From Psilocybe cubensis (taxonomy: Eukaryota): a stretch of DNA of 64,000 bases. Under the pieces are notes generated by a model. The model ran no database searches. It worked only from the letters and a program-made list of their open reading frames with translations, and was not told where the DNA came from. Made by a program: the position numbers and the translations under genes. Of this stretch, positions 54,631-64,000 are shown one piece after another. Numbering within the stretch: position 1 is the first letter of the stretch; every line of letters starts with the position of its first letter. The stretch is taken from positions 1,860,001 through 1,924,000 of the forward strand of contig CM039009.1 in the NCBI GenBank assembly GCA_017499595.2, written 5' to 3'.

Positions 54631-55782
54631 ATGAATTATTATTCTGCTTCAAGTTCGCGCATCGCAAAGGCCCCCTATGTCAGGATCCACACTCCGTCTT
54701 TTGATGGGCCATTCCCCGGGCAAGAGTTCCCGTCTTATGATGGCTACGATGGTGCGTTGTCATCTCCACTGTTCACCGCACAGCAAAGTGACGCTTGTTT
54801 GTTACTCCAGATATCCATGCGCCTCTTTCACAGTGGATGAGCACCGGCCAAATGCATCCCGAGTCTGATATTTTTGAATCTGGTTAGTTTATAACGCAAT
54901 GCATATTCAACAATTTTTGTCATTTCTAATGCCTCATTTACCTCCAGCCCAATGTCCTCCAACCTTCAACGCCGCTCAATTTGACGGTGGCTCATATTAC
55001 TCTCAACCAGACGATTCGATGGACAGCAATATTTTTAGCTGGCCTTACGATGGCGCAAGCGGCTACGATGCTTCATTTTCTTCCATACCGGAGCCGAGCA
55101 CGTTCCCAAATGCATTCTCACCATCGGTCTCTGTGGTATCATGTTCTCCTCGCTCAGAAAGTGGGTTTTCGACGCGTTTATTCCCATTCTCCGTTGTTTA
55201 TCATCTGCTCCAGGTTTATCACTTTCACCACAACCCCAATACCACGAATACAACTCCTCGTTCAACTTTGACTTCACCAATGCCATTCCACAGCAATTCC
55301 CTTCATCGTCATCATCGTCATCGTGGTCACAGACTCTCACTGTCGATCATTCTCCCCGCTCATCAATGTCTCACTCACCGGCACCTTCCTGCTCGAGTAT
55401 CGATGCCAATGAACATAAGCCATCTTCAAAATCGCGTGATCCCTCCCCCTCCCAGTCGCAGGCAGAGACCGACGCGCAGAACCAACGCCGTCGCTTCCCA
55501 TGTGTCATCATTGGATGTGAGAGAAGATTTACCAGCCAGTACACCCTAAAGGTGCACATGGAGGCACACAAGCCCAAGCCCCGCTCTTCGTTCCCCTGCA
55601 CTCTCGGCTGCTCTGAGCGTTTCTCGAGACAGCACGATCGCCTTCGTCATGAAGTCGCGAAACACGGCAAGGTCTGCGAGTTCTCTTGTGAAGACTGTGG
55701 CCGTTTCTTCTCCACGAAAAAGACCTTGGGGAACCACAAATGTCCTGTGGCTCAGGGAGGCACTCGGTGGGTCAATAATTGA
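54631..55782 (+). CDS. C2H2 zinc-finger transcription factor (3 fingers); exons 54631-54751, 54811-54882, 54948-55160, 55214-55782
   Basis: FPCVIIGCERRFTSQYTLKVHMEAH, FPCTLGCSERFSRQHDRLRHEVAKH and FSCEDCGRFFSTKKTLGNHKC. Canonical introns keep the frame. Confidence 0.9.
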
Positions 55783-58700
55783 TTCCATTCACTGCCGTTG
55801 TGTCTCGGTTCTTGGTTTACTTTCTTTATTTGATTTTTTTGCATATACCGTCACCCTCTTGGGCTTCGGGTTGGACTTTTTCTTCTTTCTCTCCCCGGAC
55901 TCTTGCATAGGATTCTTTTTTACTCGGGCTGCACGGACAGTATCTATCCCCACACACAGGCTCGCTGTACCATATATCATTCGGACTTCCTTACTTTCTT
56001 CGTATTAGCACACGGACCTGCCTAAAAACTCGCACCCACCCATCGATCAAACAAAATCTGCATTTCCTACCACCATCCACGGGAAACCTAGTTATTACTT
56101 TATTCTCTAATTTTCGTCGTTACTTGGCATAGCTTCGTTCTGTAATTACTTACAACATCCACACAAAATGAAAACAAACTCATAACGTAACAAAAATTGG
56201 ACAAAACGTCTGGGCTTTACCGCATTTACCTGTAACCTGGAGCCTGGATACGAACAATTCTGGATCTGCCCATCCACAAGGAGGTCGGTTCTCCAAGAAC
56301 TTCCAAGAGCAAAACACGAACTATTTTTAGAATTTTGATTGAGCCTAGCCAGCGGCTTGATCCCAAGCCGATTTTCATGATCTTCACGACCGCACTTCGA
56401 GTTCTCAAGCTGACGGTTTAAAAATAACGTTACTCATTTGACACTCATACCCAGAGAAAACGGAATATCGGATAGGTCGGGCCACGGCTAGAGCGGAGCG
56501 AGTGCCCCAGGCTGGCTCAGCGAGGCTTCGCCCACTGAGCATTATCGCGTGGGGATCATGTTCGGGTTCTATGAAGGGTGCGACGAGTAAGGACTGCGTC
56601 GACATCCAGAGGCTTCCCGTTCTCGCGACGTCAATTCACCCTGAGAAGTTCCTTACTGAACGCCTGAATATCTATGTCTAAGCTATCGAAGTGCATCCGT
56701 CAAAGTTCTAACGTTACCGGATCCTCACTTTAGGCTAACTTTAGGCTACAGTGGGGTACGGATGATAGAAGCTGGTGTTATATTCAATTAGAACGACCGG
56801 TCCGAGTATTCTCTTGACTAGAACGCCTTCAGAATGAACTCCAAATTTTCTAGGAAGTGCACAAGTAGTAGGTATCGGACCATCGCCAGGCTCGTCGGCG
56901 GCACACTTGGTCAATGACTAGATCTTAATATACATTGTTGTGATCTACAGTCCCCGTGAAGTTTGTCAACACATGCAACGTAAATCAACTAAACACTCCC
57001 ATAACACTCTATAATGTTCAAAACCTTGACCCCATCCTATGCTCCGAACCTATAACTTCAAGCTACAGCCCTTTACAAAGTTTGTCTCAATATAAGCTCT
57101 CGGATCCGTGTATATGTCAATGATACAGGCCCAGGGATTATTGAATTCCAATTCGTTCTCAATTTACCGTTCATTCAATTTGAATTCACGTTCAAATCAT
57201 GATGCATGATGACTATATTTTTAAACGCTGTCAAACCTGGACTTCAAGACTCAAGTTTGTAGCAAGTTGGACTCGTGATTGATTGATTGAGTAACGCTTA
57301 AGAATAGCGGTGCAGACAGAGGGAAACGGTACATTTGTGGGAGAAGCTGACGGAGGCTGAAAAGCTATGATCCCGACGTGTCTCACCTGTTTCAGTCATT
57401 CTGATACACCATTCTTTGACGACAGAAAGGACAGAAACACAACATATCTACAAAGACCACAGCATAGGTAACACGGCAGCAAAGTTTGTCCAATATTATC
57501 TGACGATAGCCAGAATTTTTTAACTCCGGGTCGAACAGAATCTTCCAGTGGATTGAGGATACGAAGCCCATCAGTAAACAATACCTGAATGCGGCGACTC
57601 TGCGGGAAAACGGGGTAAAAACAGAACTGTCACCACAAAAATATCATATCAGAATGTCTGTAAAAGAAGTGTGGCAGACCTCAACTCAACTGGATATGCT
57701 GTATGGAGATATACAACCTCCTTGTCAAAGTAAATGGATGGACATCCCAAGCAAGTAGTAGTTCAGCCCATACAATAAAGCACCCGTTACAAAAATGAAG
57801 TCTATCTCAAGACCAGCTCTAGTATATCGGACCCAATGCAAGGTCGCAGGAAAGACAGACCTAATGGATTTTATCCAGTAATGGTTTAGCCCGTTTGAGC
57901 GCTTGTGCAATTTCGTCGATCCTCACGATCTGGGCAACAACACAAATCCAATAGTTATGTGGAGAAAGTGCAATATTCTCATACGGTGTTTGAGTCCGTT
58001 TGTTTTCTTGCGTCCACAACTGAGTCACCGTCGCTCATGTCCATGTTCAACATTTCTCCATAACATTCCAACTTTAAGCTCCCGAGGGCCGGAGAAAAGT
58101 GACATTTAATGGTCATCAGTGCATTCCTCTCCTGTTTCTTTCTACAGTGATAAAACTCAAAATTATGCTCAATGTCGACGATGTTGACGTATGGTACTAC
58201 GTGCCGATTCGTGGTTGTGTACAGTGCCATTTTGGACACCGGTACCGCCGGTGTCATCGGATCTGGGAACCACCAAATGCCATAGAAAGTAATTAACTGT
58301 ACCAATGGCGCCAATTTTGGAAACCGCTTGCCGCCGCGCCTGCCGTCTTCTCAATGTTCATGGCGGTCAAAGAAAAACGCCTTCCTGCATTTTGTAGTGA
58401 ACTATTTCCTGTAATTTGGATACTCAGAAGAAAATGTTTCGGACATTCCGGGACGCCTGGAAAGTGTAAGAAATTATTCGAGCGCTGAAGCGGCCAGTTT
58501 TGGCCAGTGTGGAATAATCGGATGTGGATGTAGATAGCACTATATCTTCCGGTATGGCGCGCTCACCCACATGTTAGAAGTCGTCAAAGAGACTAACAAT
58601 AAAAAAATGCTATTTGGAACATCGGAAACTCCGAAGCTTTACTATTGCCTTCCATTTGTCTTCAGTCGATTAAAATTGTACCCGTCGCAAAACATGGTTG

Positions 58701-60446
58701 CAATTAGCGAGTTCTGCTAATGCTCCCAATTTACTTACAGAAAATGGAGCGGTCTACTCCGTATGTCCAATTTCATGACTTTTCCTCATTTAAATCGACT
58801 TTTATTATGGTGTAGTTGCCAACCATTGGATGGGTTGTTTGCACTGGTAAACAGGCGTTACACATTCCCCACAACGCCGAACTGTATTGCCCCACATTTT
58901 AAGGAGTACAGCTGGAGTTTACAAATGGATATAATCTCTGTCGCTACTGACTCGAACGTTTTTTTAGTTAATGATCTCCTCCCTGTGGTCTGTCAACCCT
59001 GTTCGAACAAGTATCAGGTGTATGCTCTGTCAAAGAATTAAATGGGTCATTCGAAGTTTTCTAGAACCACTACTCCGTGTAGAACCATTCATGTCCTTAT
59101 ATCATTCTTCTGCTGCCAATCGCTAAATAGTTTCAAGTTGAGAGACTCGTGATCACTTGTAGTAAGGTAGCTTGTTTGTACCTGGATTCATTACCATTTG
59201 GAAGCTGGAAAATTTGTTGGAATGCAGTATCATTTACACCACCGCATGACTCTCTGTTCTGCCAGACCCTCGATGGTGACAGTTCAAATGAAGTAATGTG
59301 TAGGGACTTACTTTGTGAAGGAATCAAATTCTGTCATATTCAAACGACATCCGACTTCATTTGGATGGCACCTTTTCATTAACAAACTTTCTTTCAGCAT
59401 GTGCACGCTCAAATTAAAATAACAGTCCCAGCCAGCTGGTGCATACTTGAACAGATGGATTTTGTAGCTTTGCAAATCCTGAGTGATCCGTAAGTACGAT
59501 GAGTTAGCTTAGCTCAATACGGCCTTGTATATTTTTAAAAAGCGCTTTGGCGTCATACATACGAAAAAATTAGTGATTACAAGAGCTTCGGACTGCCAAA
59601 AAGCATCCCAATCTAGGTTCCCCGGTCCGTCAGTCCTTTGCGTACAACATTCTGATGGAATGGGGACGAGTTTGACTTACAGAGAGTGCTTCAGATGTGA
59701 GAATGCCTTAACTGTTTAACAGTCTGGAAAATGGTTTTTGATCGCCATTCCCGAGTGCGTATTGGAAGGCATTCAATATGCGCAAGCATCGACAATGCCT
59801 ATTCTTGGTGCCTGGGTTTTTCTCCGTCTAATATCTTGTAACACACATCCAATGAGCTCCCAAACTTGACATAGCCGTTTCCCAGTCACAGGGAGTTTAT
59901 ACTGCAATGGAGGAAGAAAGAAATCTCATCGCCACTACCAATGAAGGATGAGATAGAATATCGATGTCAGTTCAATGATTCTCTCAATTGTTATTGAATT
60001 GAGGTTAAAACATGGTCACTACTCACCGCCTTGAGAGTATCTATGGTGTGTGTATTTATACTTCCGGGGAGACCCTTCTGTAAAACCCCTAGGTACGATA
60101 TAAAAATCCACTCTTGAAATGTTGCATATCCGTTACACTTTGAGGAATTTTCACTAAGCGGCCGTTAGCCTTTAGGGGTCTTTAGGGGCGTCAAATGGTA
60201 CGGCATATCGGCAGCTGACAAATACTTCCGGTCACACACGACACAGTCACAGACTTTCTGATATTCAACGACTTCAAAACTTGAACCAAACCACGACTCA
60301 GCTGCTCCTTCAAGATTTCTGTTCAATTTTCAACAAATTGCAGTATCATTAAACCTCTCTCTGAGTTCAAGTATCACCTCACAAACTGGGAGCCTCGATT
60401 TCAATTGATATCTTGAACTTATTGCGTTCAAAGCATTGGCTGGACG

Positions 60447-62106
60447 ATGGATAGGCCACGCCGTAACACCCGCGCGCCGATTAAGGCGCCACAGCTCATC
60501 GTACCATTACCGGAACCGAAGGCAGAAGAAGAACCATCCGGAAACGACACAAACCCGAGTCCTACTACGCGTCCTGCACGAGTCTACAAGCGCAAGACTG
60601 CACCGGATGGGGAAGAAAGAGCTAAAACTGCAGGGCCACCAATCAACCATGAGAAATTTTTCAAAACACTTATGCAGAGTTCGAAAAGCCAGTTGGTATC
60701 AATGGATATGAACGTAAGTGCATAGAATAGCAATCCACCCATGCCCATGTGTTGAACATCCGCCGGTTTTCTGCATCCATATGTTTCATCGCTTCCCCTT
60801 TCCTCGTTCATTCGGTCCGCTTTGTCGCTTCAAATTCAAGGAATGAAGGTTGCAGGGTAAAATTGAACTGATAAAAAGTTCTCATCCATATTTGGGTTTG
60901 ATATAGGACATCATCAATGCTAATACATGGGAGGTGCTCTCTGAAGACGCCAAGTTGCATTTGAAGTCGTTGCTCCCCCCGACAGCATTCAAAGATTGGC
61001 GGGAGACCCTCGGTGAGGATCACCCAGCGCTGGAGGGCCTATCTATGAAGGTGGAGCGAGCGAAAGAGATGGTTGGAGCCAGATCAGTGGATATGCCAAC
61101 AGAGAATGGGAAGGATCAAGAAAATGCGATGGTCGTCGATGACGATTCTCTCCCACAATCCATGCCGTCCGACTCCAACACATGTTCTGCTCCGAATTCT
61201 ATATCTAATTCGCTCATGCCGACACATCCCCTTTCTTCCTCTGAGATTTCCTTGTCTTTTTTCACCGATTCCCACTTCCATGCCGCTCTTCGAACATTCC
61301 AGGACCATCTATATCTCAATTACTTTTCCGACACACACGCACGAAAAGTTGCAGAGTACACAGACGGAATCATATCAGGTAAACTTGCCGCTCCATGGAA
61401 AGACGAGGTCTGGGAGCGTGACAATCCAGTGTCTACACCATCAGTGGCCGCTGAGCTCGTGCCTGCTGGGTCTGGATCCGCCGCACTTTCTGGTGCATTA
61501 GCCGGGTAAGCTCACTTTCATTGTAAAATTCAATCATAACCTTACTTAGATATTATTCAAAGCGGTGCGAGTCAGGTAAAATTAAATGTTCTAGCTAAAC
61601 GAAAAGTCATTCGCGTAGGTGATGTGATTGCGTACAAACGCACCTTCTCAATGCTAGATATCGTGGTTGAGAAAGATGTCATCGTAAGCCCGTTCCCGCT
61701 TCTCCTTTCATTCTAGTCTTTAGTAATCTCAAAATATTGTCAGGTACAATCCATACACCCCAAGACGCACGCAATAGCAGTGCTCACGTCACGCGGTACT
61801 ACCAAAGAGCTTCCTAAACATGTCCTTTCTTCTTCATCCATGGACATTGACGCTGACGCCTTGTCCTCCGGACCTGCAACCCTTTCGTTAACTATCAATA
61901 GCCCTACGATGCTTGAAACTGCCCTGCTGGATATCGACGCGCGCGTTGATAAAGCCCGTCGCCCGAATGGCAACGCATGGAAGGCATTTAATGTTTACCG
62001 CTATCGCGCAGGGACGGACTACAACCCTTATGACGACAGAGGAGGCCGTGAACTCCATGGTGCACTTTTTTATTTGAGAGCTGAATATTACAGCGAAAAT
62101 TATTAG
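60447..62106 (+). CDS. ASX-homology (ASXH/DEUBAD) domain protein; exons approx. 60447-60713, 60908-61505, 61563-61683, 61744-62106
   Basis: LMQSSKSQLVSMDMN|DIINANTWEVLSEDAKLHLKSLLP…FFTDSHFHAALRTFQDHL…PWKDEVWE fits the ASXH pattern. GT-AG introns link the ORFs. Confidence 0.75.
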
Positions 62107-64000
62107 AGGTTTGACGTTTTACGGCTTTGGTGATGCTATGGCCAAACGATTGTATTATACTATACGTTTTTCTCTTCACATCATCTTTCACGGTTCGCCC
62201 TCGGGAACGACCACTCGAGCAAGTGACGATACTCTCCAAGAACAACTGCATTTCCTGTCTCATATCGAGCGAACCCTGACAACGCCGCTCTTCTCTCCAT
62301 ATTTCTTCCTCGTTCTCCTCGCCCTTTTACTCGGCTAACGAAAATGGGCAAGTGACACACGCCACAGCACCCTTCCCCGCCCTTCCCCGCATCCAAGTGT
62401 CCCGAGACTTTGACAGTAGCTATCGATCGCTGCTAAAATCACAAGTGAAACGACTGCGGTTCAAGCCACGCGTCGCGCGCGTGCGCATTGCGGCCACGCG
62501 ATGCGCTCTTGAATCCGAACCTGTCTGAACATCCGAAGTGAGACATGTCCTCCGCGTTGTAACTAGGCAATGCTCATTGCTAGAGAAGGCAGAGAGTTAC
62601 ATATATGGCACTTACAGATGCACAGGCTACGAGCCAGCCGGCTAGCTTTGTACATAGTGCTAGCCTGGTGCCCCCTGGTGCTAGCACGTACATAATGGGC
62701 CTCCTGTCTCAGTTTCCCTTGTGTGAGAGTACATATCGGTGGCCGGCCGGTGTGGGTGAAGGGCAGGAAAGACGGTGACTCTCACGTTCAGTTATGGCAT
62801 TTTAGACGCCGACGCTCGCTGGCCGCCGCCGCCGCCGCCCTGTGCGCTTAACGTTGCGCTTAAGTCCTATTAGACCGCTTCTTTCATTTTCATGTCAATT
62901 CGTTACTTACATCAAAACAACTCAAAGTGCTTGTCCTTGTATGGCAAAGATTAATTTTCGCACCAGTGTGCTACACCGACGAAAGCACTTAGCACAATAG
63001 GTTCGGTGGTCAGAGTCAAATATGGGTATAGCGTTCACTGTTCGCGGGATGCTCAGGATTTTACAGTCACCGAAAAACCACGATCTTGCCACGTCGAGTT
63101 CGTTACGTTATTGTCTTATCGAGATTACGACTAGGCACGAAATACTGGTTCTAAGAATCTAACAAGTTCTGATTCAAGCGGCTTGGGCATGTTCACATAT
63201 TCCCAAGCAACTCCCAAGACTCAAGACTCAAAAAACTCACTTGATAAAGTGAACTAAAAAAGTAAATAGAAAGTACGTTCGTTTGCTCTAGTACAGCGCC
63301 CAATCTTCTTCAACTAGCTTTACCTTTTTTTCTCTGATGCCTTTGAAAATTGAAGGTCCCATCATGATCAGGATCGGACTCGGATACAGCGCCATCGCCT
63401 TTATTATTATTAATTAAACATACTCGACCCTGAAATTTGATCACTGTTACTTACGGTAACAGTCTGGGAATAAAATGAGAACTTTAAAATTTCTGCACAG
63501 ACGAAACCCTGCACAGTGCAAACCCACTACGAAAACCCTGCATGCTAGATCTTGAGTGTAATCAAGCGATATTCTGATGAAATAGAGTCTCGATTCCCGG
63601 TCGGTATTTTCGTATCGACATTCGCTGGCGGCTACAGAGGATTTTTTGTTTACGTGAGGTATTTTAAGCTTCTTAGGAGGGAGACCAAACTATTATGTAT
63701 GTACTATGGTTTCCTAGGCTCTCTCTCACCAAGGTTACAAGCTAATGAGTGATAACCCCATGCATTGAGACAAATTGTACTTAAGTAAGTAAAGGAAAAA
63801 GGAGAACAACAACAACATCATAAATTTTCCAGGTCCCAGGCCCACATGAAATCACCGATATCCGTACGCGTAACGCGAGATGATATCGTAGTACATACAT
63901 AAGAAGCCGGAAAATCCAAGGAAAAGCTTGAGCGTCGGAATACCATCCGGTCACTGAGAGTCTAGAGACGAGAGTCTCGTCCAAAACAAGTAATAAACGA

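Noticed and set aside
57396-60100. Scattered minus-strand exon-like segments with splice signals
   Set aside because: Frequent stops and no identifiable product; possibly a pseudogene but not supportable.

Overview
Fungal genomic DNA, most likely an Agaricomycete: short ~50-60 nt GT-AG introns, CFEM, F-box-like, KDZ-type and CACTA-type transposase genes. The window has two parts. 1-~43.8 kb is rich in transposons and pseudogenes. It holds the 3' two-thirds of an intact CACTA/EnSpm-type transposase (1-2555) at the left of what looks like a ~17 kb cargo-carrying element ending at a terminal inverted repeat near 15.79 kb. A second, internally deleted copy of the same element starts at a matching inverted repeat at 17.39 kb. 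There is also a KDZ transposase remnant and decayed copies of host genes (ACH1-like, DUF1769, HMG box, F-box). Manual splicing reveals two intact micro-exon genes, missing from the ORF track, that encode coiled-coil + C3HC4 RING proteins (6557-7533 and 22523-23388, both minus strand, conserved exon sizes). Each lies head-to-head with a micro-exon coiled-coil gene, so a repeated RING/coiled-coil module is associated with the elements. ~44-64 kb looks like ordinary core genome: a KDM4-type JmjC demethylase, a C2H2 transcription factor and an ASXH-domain gene. All gene models and family calls come from reading the sequence by eye; no searches were run.
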